Position numbers and translations under genes: made by a program. From positions 92,692,001 to 92,756,000 of the forward strand of contig CM052817.1 in the NCBI GenBank assembly GCA_028534125.1: 64,000 nucleotides of DNA, read 5' to 3'. This document shows positions 1-13,665 of the stretch, piece after piece. How positions within the stretch are numbered: the stretch's first letter is position 1; every line of letters begins with the position of its first letter. Source of the DNA: Lama glama. Its lineage: Eukaryota. The notes beneath the pieces were generated by a model, which was not told where the DNA came from, ran no database searches, and was given only the letters and a program-made list of their open reading frames with translations.

Positions 1-2163
1 GCAGATAGCGTTTTCTAATTGAGAAGGCTGGGAGCCTGTCCATTTACATGGAAATGTAGAAGAAAGGAGCAAAAACATCATCTCTTTGGTGTACTTTAGG
101 CGTAGTGCTACCCGACGGCAAAGGATGGAGCAGAACTTCCAAAATTCCTCCCAGATCCAGACTCAGTGTCATCCTCTGGGACAAAACCAGAAAAGCCTCC
201 GGAGGGCACGGAGGGCGGGCACACACCCTGGTGCTTTGTGAGGACCAGCACACACGCCTGCCTTCTTCACAGAGGCTGTTCCGTTCTCTGGGGGGAGCTC
301 GGGTGCGCCCTATGTTCCCGTTCTGCTGGGCTTTAAGAATCCTTGGCAAAATCCAGAGATGCTACTGATGTTTATTTTTCTGGAAGTCAAGTGTGCCAAG
401 TAAAATCCTATCCAGACTTGACAGGCATCAAACCATGGCCAGGACACCCAACCACTAAAAGTTAAAATATTACTACTCATTTCGGAAATAAGCCAAAAGG
501 CCACACAGTAATTCTATCTTAAAACAATTACTGGTTGTCTTTTCGAGTCTTTTTTTTACAACATGGAGAAGTTACACCTCCCCATGAAAAGTCTGGAGTC
601 AAATACTACTTAGTCCAAAATTTAACCACTGGGGATGGTCTGCTCCACTCTCCTGACCAAGGAGCACTGGGAATGATAACTGGGAGCTTTGAAAATATCC
701 TAAGCAAGAAGAACTAGGTCCAATGATGTGACTGTCTACCTTTAACTGTGAATATGCTGAAGATTTTGGAGACCAAAGACACACATACACACATGCAAGC
801 ACACACGTACATAAATTTCCCTCTTCCCTGGTAAGAACCAGTTAGAGCCAGGAATGGGCAACGTGCAAACGCTGAGTTTAATTTTGTAAGTCGCCAGTAT
901 CCGGTGGAGATGTTGGGTTTTTACTAATGTTTCATGTTCACTGTCACTGATTTTCACCTTGAATGTGTTATGCATTTACAACTCTGATCTGAAAATTTAA
1001 TGCACTGCCTTTCAGATTCTAGCTCAAAGCTATAGTCATACAAGTTGATCTGTGTTTGGTGTGTCAACTGGGAAAATCAGCATACATCTGCCATGGAGGT
1101 AGCTGGTACAGGGGAGGACACACAGCCAATTCAGGGCTTTGTGATGCTTCAGGTGTGCCCTCTCCAACAGAGACACTGATATTCCTGGGATAATTAGCCT
1201 TTTGGCATTAAAGAAGGCCTTTGATACCTGACCTGATCCTTTCTTCTTCAGTGACATCTTGGGACTTTGAAAATTTTATTTATTCTCTGCCGTTAGCAGT
1301 GAGGAGTGACAAGAGGGAGGGGGCTGCAAAGCAGAGGGGGGAAAGGGGAGGCTGGTCTCTGCATCCTGCGTGTCTAGCTGCTTCTAGACGGCGCCTATGT
1401 TTTCCTCACCTCTCCCTGTGCTGCCCTCGGAGCTGGGGACCTGCCCAGCATCCTGCCCTCACCCCAGCAGCTGGTAGCTCCCCAACCACTAGTCTGTGGC
1501 CTTCACTTGATATGGTCCTAGGGAAGCCCTTCCCCAGAGCACCAAGCCAGCCAGCTGCTGTGGGGTGGGACAGATTCTCTGCACGGGGGGAGAGACTCAA
1601 TTTTATAAAACATATAACTGGGGCACCAGCTTGACGGTAGCGCTAGAATTACACTGCTCTGGCTCTGGTTTCCTGCTCGCTCCAGCTCTCCACGGAGATC
1701 TGAGCTCAGCAGAGGCCCTGGGCCAGATTCCCAGCGGCTGGCCTCCCCTCCGATTGTTGGGAAGAGCTTGTTTCCTCTGGAATTCGGGTGATTGTGGGTG
1801 CTATCCGAAAGTATGGCTGCAGGTCTGCTTGATGACAGTGCAGGGTGAGGACCCGGAGGTCAGCAGTGGACCGCCGGCCTGTCAGGCCTCTGCCGGGGTC
1901 CCACCCGCTCTCGTGCTCTGCAGCCTGGAAGAGAAGCCTACGAGCTGCTCAGGCAGCATCTCAACTCACGGACAAATAAGATGCACATGGTGGGAGGGTC
2001 ATGATGTTCTCGGACTGAGAAAAAGTGAGAGGGGTTTTCAGATGTGGGAGATCTCTTACGGCCTCGTCAGATGACGCCACTGCTATGGAACTGAGGGGAC
2101 ACAGGAAATCCAGGTATGACATTTTCTCCCTGCTTTGCGGGTAACGGGGAAAGACAGACATTA

Positions 2164-2493
<330 letters not shown>

Positions 2494-3489
2494 CTATCAT
2501 TTGCATCTGAGTCTTCCAAGTTTCAGAAAACGTAAAGTTTGTAGAAACAGAGAGACTTCTTGCTTTCTCGATAGGAAGAATCTCTTAGTGGAAAGAATGC
2601 ACTTGGGGAAACTTGCACAGACCTTTCAGGATAACCTGAGAGTGGCAACTTTTAAATCAATCCAAAATGTCTTTTCCCACAGTCAGAAGACAACTGCAAA
2701 ATAAAGCCCCATTTCTGTTGATATTTGGGGTCTCACACAAAAGGGGCAGAAGTGCTCCTGGAAGCATTTCACAGCCCAAGTGACGTTTTAGGCTGTTGCC
2801 AGGCTGCTGGTTGTCACATCAGAGGCCAGAGTGAAAAGTATGCTTTACGGTTTATACAGCTGATGCGCTTGCATTACTGCCATCCTCACGTGCCAGCCCG
2901 CAGGAACCGCGCTCCGAGTGGCAGGATAAGGGGGGCATTTGGTAGGTGTGGTGGGGGAACTTCTAACTGAGGTTTCTCTCAACTTGGCTCACAAGAGCCC
3001 ACTCAGAGATATCAGGGACTGCTCGAGTCAGAGTCTTCTCACTGACAAGACTCCAGACCACAGGCAGAAGCAGTCAGAATTTCCAGCCTGGGGCAAGAAG
3101 AAAGAGGACTGTCTGTCTTTTAACAGGGCATCCTTAGGGCACACCACCCATGCCTGACTCTCTCTCCTCAATGTGCACTATTCTTGGAATCCTTCCCTCC
3201 TGTTCCCTCACTCTCATCTTCTATTGTTCTCACAGTTCTAACAGTTTTCTCTGTGTTAGAAGGCTTTAGGTGCGAGTGCTTACAAAGGACACCCCAAATT
3301 AGAGAAGAGCTCAGGAAGTGCTACCTCTGAAACTGACACTGAGAAGAACCCACGTGCCAAGGATGGGATTAGCTATGGATGGGATCTGCTCAGACCAGGA
3401 TGAGGAAAAGGAGAGGAGCAACCTGGATGTGTCGTGTCTCCAGATGATTGTTTAGAAGTCCCTGCAGATTTACTGCTTGGAAGGTATAT

Positions 3490-3830
3490 GTCACACTCGT
3501 TCGTTCTTTTATCCATGCATCCGTCCAACAAGTGACATGTGCCAAGAACTCTGCTCCTCCCTGGGAATCAGCATGATAGTGATTTGGCACCTTCCCTTTG
3601 GTAGTTTAACAGGAGAGGGAGGCACTAATAAAATATAAATAAATGACTTAATGACAACAGTACTAAGTATTGCATTAGAAGAACACGGAGTTGGTGGGAG
3701 GCTTGTAACCGAGAGATCTATCCTAGTTTGGGTACACAGAGGAATTTCCCCTCACAGGTGCCAAAGCGCAGACCCAAGGGCTGCACAGACATTGTCCACA
3801 TGAAGGAGAGGGAGGAAAAGTAGGGTCCTG
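3490..3830 (-). mobile_element. Ancient L2 LINE 3' fragment
   Basis: Degenerate (CATT)-like tail followed by an L2-like 3' body; recognised by eye, approximate ends. Confidence 0.5.
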
Positions 3831-4325
3831 TAAGTAGAATGACTCACTCACACAAAAAGCCCTGAGCTGGGCACTGGAAGAAGACTGGTCCCAGGGCAGC
3901 AGGATGAAGTGTCCCCTTCACTCCCAACCCCAAAGCTGGAATCGACCTCTCTGTGTTCAGGCTCTACATTCAAGGAACAAGTTCCTAGTCTAAATTTGCT
4001 CGCTGACTGGTGTTCCTCCTGGGAAAAAATGCCGAACATTCTGGTCCCCTTGACCATTCCTGGTAGACAGGGTCTGTTGTGTTTCCTGCACACATGCTGG
4101 AGTCAGAAAGACAGCAGGGCCAATCAATAGCTGTTTTAGCCATTTAAGTCGTTTAGCCCTATTTAAGCCACCTTGTATCCCCAAATCTCATCTGCCTCAT
4201 CGATAAGAGGATATATCTATTCACACAGAGAAGCCTTCCCTGAGTCTCCCACCCATAGAAGCCAGTACTTACTCTTACACCCTAAGTGATTTTTCTCCCT
4301 GCACTGGTCATTCTTACATCTCCTC

Positions 4326-4691
4326 TGTGAGGGTTAGTTTGAAGTGTCAACTTGGCTAGGCTACAATACCACTTACTCAATCAAATGCTAATTTAGGCTA
4401 TTTTGTAGATGTGAATAGTATCTATAATCAGTTGACTTTAAATAAAGGAGGTTATCCTAAATAATCTGGGTGGGTCTTCCCCAATCAGTTGAAAGGCCTT
4501 AAAAACAAAACTGAAGTTTCCCTGAGGAAGAAGAAATTCTGCCTTAAGACAGTACCATTAGCCCCTGGCTCAGAATTTCCAGTCTGTATGCCTGCTCTAC
4601 AGATTTCAGAGTTGTCAGCCCCTATAATCACATAAGCCAATTCCTTGAGAATATATAATGGGATATAGTCACTTTCTGGAGGACATCTACA
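4326..4691 (+). mobile_element. MLT2-type (ERVL) solo LTR
   Basis: TG...CA termini, 5-bp TSD TCCTC (4321-4325 and 4692-4696), MLT2 motifs tgtcaacttggctagg and caatcagttgaaaggcctt. Confidence 0.85.
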
Positions 4692-4780
4692 TCCTCCAAT
4701 GAGAATGTAAGCTCTATAAGAGCAAAATCTTCATGTGCCTAATCCACTATTACATCCCCAGCATCTAGAATAGATCTTGG

Positions 4781-5009
4781 ACAGAAAATCAGTAAGGCAA
4801 TAGAGATCCTAAATGACACCATAGAGCAGTTAGATAATTTATATTTTCAGGACATTACATCCAAAAAAACCAGAATATGCATTCTTTTTTCAAGTGCACA
4901 AGGAACATTCTCTAGGATAGACCACATACTCGGACACAAAACAAGCCTCAATAAATTTAAGAGGACAGAAATTATTTCAGGCATCTATTCTAACCACAGT
5001 GGCATGAAA
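4781..5009 (+). mobile_element. Internal L1 ORF2 (endonuclease domain) fragment, no poly(A) tail
   Basis: L1 EN-coding motifs (caagtgcacaaggaacattctctaggatagaccacatac...aaaacaagcctcaataaattt), flanked by the perfect direct repeat CTAGAATAGATCTTGG at 4765-4780 and 5010-5025. Confidence 0.9.
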
Positions 5010-6809
5010 CTAGAATAGATCTTGGCACACAGATGATGCTTCAGGAATATTTGCTACATGAATGGATATTTATCAAAGGACCTGACACTCCTCACCACCT
5101 ACACATGGTTGTCAAGTCCCATCAACTCACTATTCCTAAAACTCTTCCACATTCACTGCCTCTTTCCTTTTCTCCATGCTGCTCCCTCATTCATGATCTC
5201 ATTAGCTCTTTTTTCTGTCTTGTTGTAATAGCATTGAAACTGCTCTCCACGCCACCAGTCTTTTCCTGTTCTTTTCATCCCACTCATCCTTGCCAGATTT
5301 ATCTTCCTAAAATAAAGTACTAGTGACATCACCCCCTTGTTCCATTCTGTTCTTTGCCTGGAGCTGGATACAAAGATGAATAAGGCAAGGTTCTTCCCTT
5401 CAAGGTGGTACTGCAGTCCTTTAGTGGTTCCCTGAGAACTTTAATGAGAAAGGCCATTGAAAGGTCACACTCCTGGATCCATCATTTTCTGGCTGTTTGA
5501 TCTTAAGCAAGCCTTAGCTCTCTAAGACTCAGTTCCTCAATTGTGAAATTTTATATGTGTACTTATAGGTATGAAGTTCATAAATGATTGGGTCTGTGTG
5601 TGTGTATAAGAAGGGAATAAATAATGCCCACATAGCTTAAACCAGAAGTCCTGGTCTTTAATTGTAAGTTACTATTAATCTTATACATATCTAATTAATA
5701 TACTATATCTTGGCTTTAAGTATTACATTATCACTCTGATTTCTACTCTAAACTTTCTAATGCTGAAAGCAAGTAACTGCAAATTTAAGAAAAAAAAATC
5801 AAAAGGAGACCTAAGGGCAAAAAAAGTGCTGAAATAATACACAAGGTGATACATAGGGTGATCATGCTGGTTATTAACTAACACTCATTTATTTCTAGCA
5901 CCGTATTTCTTGTTGACCAAATATGAAGATTATATCTTTACAACTAGGGTTGCAAAATAATTTTTTCCTTCCCAAATGGAAAGAAAAATAAAAGTCACTA
6001 GACTAAATAAATGAAGGGATAGGGAAAGAATCTGGAGTTTAGTGAAATGTGCCGACAGTTCAATAAACATCTCCAAGGCAAAGTCAATCTTAATTCATCC
6101 TATTTGATGATTCACAGTGGAGCGCTATCCCTTTCCATGTTTTAACAAAGGCTGCATGAGAAAGTATACACAGAGGAACAACAGCACGAGATATTCTATC
6201 ACTTAACAATCCTGACAAGCTGGAAATACAACTGAAGGTTGACCAAAACTCTTCTCCTTCACTAAAGGGAAGCAAACATTTGACAAAAGATGATGCCAAC
6301 AGCTGCATCATGATGTTGAGATGATTACAAAAAGTACAGTAAGTTCTTACATGATTTGGGCAGTAATGACAAACCCCACTAATCATTTCCGTACCTATTG
6401 ATTCTTGTTTTCTGTTGTCCTTTCACCCATACACACACGCGACTCTCTCCTCAATTAAATGACAGATTTTCCCCACTAGGAGGCAGAAGGTGCTCTTCTG
6501 GCTTTCTATCTCATTTACTTTTGTAGGCTTTGTTAGACCCTGCCACCCTCCCATGGACCTTAGGATCCTGGGGCTTTCCTTTTGGCACCAAAGAAAGCTG
6601 TTTTATTTCCTTTGGTGAAATGGTTGTCAAAGAACGTGAGTCACCCAGGGACCCAAGAATCCCATTCTCCCAGGCAACACAAACTGGTTAAATGAGATAT
6701 AGCCAGTGCTTCTATGGGTAGTTGAAATGTTTCTTCTGTGCCACTAAATCTTATCTGCTAAGCTGTCAATGAAGTAAGAGTGAGCTTTTAATTAATAGAT
6801 AATCATTTA

Positions 6810-7010
6810 TTAATAAACAGTATCTACTGATTATTGAATGCCTACTATGTATTAGGCATGTTCATACATTATTAATTCACAACAGCCTTATGGGGTAGAA
6901 ATTATTATTCCCATTTTATGGAAAAAGAAGCTGAAGCTGGTTAAAGTAAATTAAATTATCCAAAGAGCTAGTAAGCTGCAGAGCTAGGTCTCAAACACAA
7001 TCCTATTGTC
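6810..7010 (-). mobile_element. MIR SINE
   Basis: cacaacagccttatggggtag...attattattcccattttatgg...gaagctgaagc, the MIR core in antisense. Confidence 0.7.
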
Positions 7011-8034
7011 AGTGTTTTTTCCCAAATCTATATTCCACTGCCCTTCCTCCCCGCACTGAACTCTCATGAGCAAGGCGGGGGTACTGGAAGAATTCAAATT
7101 TGTATTCTTTCCTAACTTATTTCTGTGCTCCACCTTCAAGGGGGAGGTACCTTAGTTACAGGGATTGGGAACTGAGCAAAACCAGAGGAAAAGCCATCTG
7201 TCTTACATGCATGCATTTGGCTACAGAAGAGAAACACTGTCAAATATTGGCCTCATCAGGCCTACACTTAGATATCAGCCTGCTTGCTTTATTTAGGAAT
7301 GGGATAACATGAGCCTTGAAGTGCTCTGTCCTCCCCCAGTCTCCACTGCCCAATAAATCTTAGTTGGCAGCTCCATTACCTTTCTACAAATTTTCAAATT
7401 TGTACCATGAAATACCACAGAAAGAAATATCTACATTTCTTTTCCAAGGCTCTTCCCAGCCTGATCTGGTTTCTCTTTCTTGCCTTGGCTTTCTAAAAGA
7501 CATATATGCTATCACTCCTCAGATTTGAAATGCTTCAGCTGCTCCCCACTGCCTACAGCACAAAGTCAAAATGCCTGAACACAGCATACAAAGAAGGCTC
7601 ACCCAATCTGGCCCTTGGCACATCTGCTACACCCCCATGTTTACCCTACACTCTCACCATAACTCTGGAATGTCCTTCTCACTTGAACAAATTTTTTTGA
7701 TGTGGAAAATCTTGCTCATAACTCAAGTCACAGCTCAGATGTCCCTGCTTTTCCCTGAACATCCCACCCCTTTTCTCCAGACTCTGCCAAGGAGAGTCAG
7801 TTTCTTTTCCTTTTCCTCCTATTCTGTTTTTTCACATATGTTGCAGCAGCTGAGTATGTGCTCCGATTTCAGGGTTTGAAGACCACTCCTTAGCTTTGTG
7901 ATCTTTGGCAAGTAACTTAAATTGCCTGTGGCTCAGTTTTCCCTTCCGTGTTTTATGACAATGTCCTTTAACTGACAACTCTTTGGATTAATATTCTTTG
8001 CAATAACCCTTGAGAGGGTTTTTATTACAACTAA

Positions 8035-10657
8035 AGGACAAAGGACACAAAGAGGAATAAATAAATCTCTAAGTTAGTAGAAGGAAAGAAATAACGAAGA
8101 TTAGAGCAGAAATAAATGAAATAGATGTTAAAAAGCCAACAGAGAAGATCAATGAAACTAAGAGCGGGTTCTTTGAAAGGATAAACTAAATTTATAAGCC
8201 CTTAGCTAGACTCAGCAAGAAAAAGAGAGGACCCAAATAAATTAAATCAGAAATTCAAGAAGAGATGTTACAATTGATACCACAGAAGCACAAAGATCAT
8301 GAGACTATTATAAACAATTGTACATCAAAAAACTGGGCAATCTAGAAGAAATAGGTAAATTTCTAGAGACATACAACCTACAAAGACTGAATCATGATGA
8401 AACAGAAAATCTGAAGACTACTTACTAGTAAGGAGATTGAATCAGTAGTCAAAAACCTTCAACAAGTAAAAGTTCAGGGCTAGACGTCTTCACTGGTAAA
8501 TTCTACCAAACATTCAAAGAAGAACTAATAACAATCTTTCTCAGATCCTCCCAAAAGATAAAAGAGGAGGTAACTCTTCCAAACTCATTTTATAAGGCAT
8601 TACCCTGATACTAAAACCAGAGAAAGACCTCACAAGAGAAGAAAATTACAGGCCAATATCCCTGATAAACATACATGCAAAAATCTTTAACAAAATATTA
8701 GCAAACCAAATTCAACATTAAAGAGATCACATATCGTGATCAAGTAGGAATTTATTTCAAGGATCAAGGATGATTCAACATCCACAGTTACACCATGTTA
8801 ACAAAATGAAGAATAAAAATCACATGATCATCTCAATAGATGCAAAAAAGCATTTGAAAAAGTTCAACATTAATTTATGATAAAAACGCTCAAAAAGCAG
8901 GTGTGGAGGAAAAGTACCTCAACATAACAAACTCATGACTAACATCATATTTAGTGGTGAAAAGCTGAAAGGATGTCTACTCTAGCCACTTTTACTCAAT
9001 GTAGTATTGAAAGCACTACCAGAGCACTCAGGCAAAAAAGAAATAAAAGGTATCCAAACTGGAAAGGAAGAAGTATAACTGCCATTACCTGCAGATGATA
9101 CGATATTATAGATAGCAAACCCTAAAGATTCCTTCAAAAACTGTTAGAATACATGAATTCAGTAAAGTTGCAGGATACAAAATCAGTACACAAGAATCTG
9201 TTTCATTTCTATACATGAATAACAAACTATCAGACAGAGAAATTAAGAAAACAATCCCATTAACAATCACATCAAAAAGAATAAAATACCTGGGAATAAA
9301 TTTAACCAAGGAGGTGGAAAACAGTATATTGAAAACTATAAGACATTACTGAAAGAAACTGAAGAAGACACTAAAAATGAAAAGATACTCCATAGATTGG
9401 AAGAACCAATACTGTTCTAACATCCATACTACCCAGAGCAACCTTCAGTATCCAATGCAATCTCTATTAAAATTTCAATGACATTTTTCAAAGAAATAGA
9501 ATAAATATTCCTAAAATTTGTATGGAACCACCAAAACCTTCCAAACAGCCAAAACATCTTGAGAAAGAACAAAGCTGAGGGCATCACACTCCCTGATTTC
9601 AAAGTAGGTTACACAGCTATAGTATTAGAACAGTATGGTACTGGCATAAAAACAGACACCTAGATCAATGGAATAGAATAGAAAGCCCTGAAATAAAGCT
9701 ACTCATATATGGTCAATTAATTTACAACAAAGGAGCCAAGAACATACATTGGGAAGGTACAGCCTTATCAATAAATGGTGTTGGGAAAACTGAAGAGCCA
9801 CATGCAAAAGGATGAAACTCGGCCACTATTTTAAGCCAAATACAAAAATTAACTCTAAATGGGTTAAAAAGACTTGAATGTAAGATCTGAAACCCCAAAA
9901 CTCTTAGAATAAAATGTAAGTGGTCAAGGAGCTTTCCTTGACATAGGTCTTGGAGATGATTTTTTGAATCTGACACCAAAGTTAAAAGAAACAAAAGCAA
10001 AAATAAACAAGCGGGACTACATCAGAATAAAAAGCTCTCCACAGCAAAGGAAATCATCAACAAAATAAAAAGGAAACCTTCTGACCGGGAGAAAATATTT
10101 GCAAATCAGGTATCTGATAAGGAGCTGATATCAAAAATATGTAAAGAACTCATACAACTCAATGGCAAAAGAAACCTCCAAACAATTTGGTTAAAGAATG
10201 GGCAGAAGATCTCAATAGACATTTTCCCAAAGAAGACACACAGATGGCCAACAGGTGCAAGAAAATATGCTCAACATTATGAATCATCAGTAAAATGTAA
10301 GTCAAAACCACAATGAGATATCACCTCACTTCTCTCAGAATTGGTATTATCAAAAAGACAACAAATAACAAATATTGTCTCAGACGTAGAGAAAAGGGAA
10401 CCCTTCTGTACTTTTGGTGGAAATGTAAATTGTTACAGGCACTATGGAGAAACAGTATGGAGGTCCCTAAAAAAATTAAAAAATAGAACTACTATATGAT
10501 CCAGCAATTCTACTTCTGAGTATTTATCTGAAGAAAATGAAAACACTAACTTGAAAAGACACACGAACCCGCATGTTCTTTGCAGCATTATTTACAACAG
10601 TCAAACATGGGAACAACCATAGTGTTCATCCATGGATAAATGGATTAAAAAATTGTG

Positions 10658-10691
<34 letters not shown>

Positions 10692-10935
10692 TGAAATATT
10701 ATTCAGCTATAAAAAGAATGAAATTTTGCCATTTGTGACAACATAGATAGACCTTGAGGGCATTATGTTAAGTGACATAAGTCAGGGAAAGACAAATACC
10801 ATATGATCTCTTATATGTGGAATCTAAAAGCAAACAAAAAAACACAAGCTCATAGATACAGAGAACCTAGACTGGTGTTTGCCAGAGATGTGGGGTGAGG
10901 AGTAGACAAATGAGTGAAGGAAGTAAAAAGGTAAA
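8035..10935 (+). mobile_element. 5'-truncated, decayed L1 (ORF2 RT region to 3' UTR), antisense to RNF150
   Basis: Continuous L1 ORF2 motifs (gaaaattacaggccaatatccctgat, gcagatgatacgat, tggtactggcataaaaacagaca, atatgatccagcaattctacttctg). Many stops and small deletions; (TA)n at 10661-10688. Confidence 0.95.
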
Positions 10936-10939
10936 AATA

Positions 10940-11025
10940 ATGAAAGAAAGAAAGAGAGAAAGGAAGGAAGGAAGGAAGGAAGGAAGGAAGGAAAAGAAAG
11001 GAAGGAAGGAAGGAAGAAAGTAGAA
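10940..11025 (+). repeat. (GAAA)n/(GGAA)n purine microsatellite
   Basis: Directly visible. Confidence 0.95.
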
Positions 11026-13009
11026 AGAGTCAGTTTCATTACTGCTTAGCTAATATCATTTCGGTGAACTGAGAACCACTAGACTGCATACTGATCTTAT
11101 ATGATAATAGACAGTTATTCTGTTGGTAAAAATATATTTCTTGCTAATATTTTTGCCCAAACTCATTTTAAGACTTAAGATAAATGTGTTAAATTCTTGT
11201 AAAAATATTTCCTAACTAAAACCAGAAAAATGGAAATGAAACAAGATCATTCTTGCTCATAATTGGCATTTATTTTTTAAATTCAATAATAGCTCATGTT
11301 GGCAATGGTGTAAACAGTCTTATATCCTTTGGTGGGAATGCAAATTGATTTAACCTTTAGTGAAGGCAATATGACAGAGTGAATCAATTTTGAAATGCAT
11401 AACCTTTTGATTCAGTTTAAAAAAAAATGATTTCCGTTTAGATTGATGTCTTCATAGTGAGAATAAATTTAAGCTGTTAAAAGAAAAAAAGGATTAAAAA
11501 AAATTACCTGGCCAATAAGAATCAAAAATGTCGTGGTGTTTTGGGTTTTTGTTTTTGAATCACTTGTTTATATGTGGGTAAAATTAACAGTATTTTAACA
11601 ACTGGTACGGCCCAGCACTGACCAGTCTCAGTAGACGTCAGTTATAAACAGTGAGCGTTACTCTATAGAGTTGTGTATTCCTAACACCAAGCCCTATGGC
11701 CTTGCTATTCACTCTGGTTTACTATTCTATATACCGAGGGAGGTTATGACATCTTGGAGAGCAGAGATGAAGTGTTTCTATCTCTCTCCAAAACCTAGTA
11801 GAGTAACGCATAGGCTAGGCTCTCAACATTACTTGCTCAAAAAGATGAATTCTGAAATGTCCATCACCCCAAATCATTATTTAAATCACAGTAATTTAGC
11901 TCCTATTCCTTGCAAGTGAGTTTCCCGTGGTAGAGCTTACCCTGGAAGCACCTTCCTTAATTTGTATGGACTCTAAAACATGAAAGAATTCTGTCTTCTC
12001 CTGGGGGCCTAATGAGGACAGTATGTGGTTGATGAGTCCACGCTCTGCTCAGACTGCCAGGTAGACATCACACGGGGCCCATCCTTCTATGCAGATTTCA
12101 TCAATTTATGGATCTGGGTACAGGCATTACTCTGTTAGAATGACCAAAACAGCACTGGCGATGGTACCTACAGAATGTCCACGGAGCCCAGACTATGTAA
12201 CGGCTAGTGCAGAGGAGAAATGGATTCCATTCCTACCCAGAGAAGAGAAATCTAAAGTGTTCTCATTGATTTTCTTAAGATTCCACTCCATCCCTGCTCC
12301 TGAAATCACATGAATTCAATGAGAACTTCACTGGAATCTTGACCACCATAGCTTTGAGAAACACGGAAATCACTGGCTTTTTCTGTGCATTATCTTTGGC
12401 CCAAATGCCATGCCTGTGGTCCAGGAACCAGCAATCTTAAGTATTCAGTGTATCATGAAATTTCTCTATATTTTCTACTGTGTTGTATTATGTGAACCAG
12501 TAGGCTTAATCTCCATCCTTCTTACTGAGAAAAGAGCCTTGCTGACAAAGTGGCACGTTCTTTCAATGTAGCATATAAGGTGGATTTCTTAGTTATACGT
12601 GAGGAAGTCTGAAAAAAAAAGAGTACTTCTGCAAACTGTTAGAGTCTAAAACTGATGCCAGAACTCACTACTAGGAAGGCTGAGTTCTGAGAAAAAGTAG
12701 GAAAGTCAGCACAGACGGAATGACAAATTAACGTATGACACGTAGGTAGCAGTACTCTATGCAAAACCTTGTGCTAGGCATTGTGGGTACAAAGATGCAT
12801 CAGGTACGCCTCCTGCTGGTGAGGTGTTTTAAATGCAGAATTGACAAGCTGATAGGAAGATACACAGTCCATACTGTGTAGAGCTTAAAACCTCGAGCCT
12901 GGGGGTCAAGCAGGTTTCATTTTTATTCATGGATGACTGTCTGGAGTAACACCTAAACCCCTCCGAGCCTTATACACTGAGGATAATAATAGCACCTATC
13001 TGAGGCACG

Positions 13010-13382
13010 CATTAGCACTGCTCATCCCTTATGCGGGCTTGCCGGCTTTCAGGCACATGGGAAGATTACGGGCTCTCCTGGTGGCAGCTATGGCCATGTG
13101 ACTACTTCTCGCCAATAAGTTATAAAGAGAAATAACAGATTTCACCTCAAGCTATGACATGTAATTACTGACCTGTCAATAAACAGTGTGCAAGACAGAG
13201 ACTGCTCTGACAACCTATCATGAGCTGATTCTCTTTGTCGAGACACAAATGGACACAAAACGTAGCTAAGGTATCTTTGTTGTATTAAACCACTGAGAGT
13301 TGGGAGGTTTTCTTTTTTTATTTTTTTTAAATTGTTGTTATTGTTGCTGCTGCAGCAAAGCCTAGCCTGTCCTGACTAGTAA
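13010..13382 (+). mobile_element. MLT1 (ERVL-MaLR) LTR nested in a MIR (~12870-13460)
   Basis: tggccatgtgact...gccaat, then ttgtattaaaccactgaga and gcagcaaagcctagcctgtcctgacta at the 3' end; MIR halves on both sides. Confidence 0.7.
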
Positions 13383-13665
13383 ATACCTTATGAGGTTGCT
13401 ATAGGGATTAAATACTTATTTGTAAAGTGCTTAGTGTTTGGTAAATAGTAGCGACACCAACTATTTTAAGTGATGTCAGTACAATGTGTAAAGTGACAGG
13501 CCATAAACAGATACAAGCAAAAGTGCCAAAGAATTCGAGGAAAGGAACAGCTACTTCCTGAGGAAATTAGGAAGCTATGAGATGGGAAGAACTCTGAAGT
13601 GTGGAGACTGGAGGAAAGAAATCCAAGGAGAAGGGAATTCCCATGAGAAAAGGCATTGCCTGCGG

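Larger units (their letters stand above)
4225..5066 (+). mobile_element. L2 LINE 3' end, interrupted by an MLT2 LTR and an L1 fragment
   Basis: L2 motifs agaagccttccctga..., gaatgtaagctc..., ccccagcatctagaa|tagatcttggcacacag...atatttg...atgaatgga join up once the two insertions are removed. Confidence 0.7.

Noticed and set aside
8035..10935. Functional reverse transcriptase gene
   Set aside because: L1 ORF2 is broken by stops, frameshifts and deletions; no long plus-strand ORF in the track.
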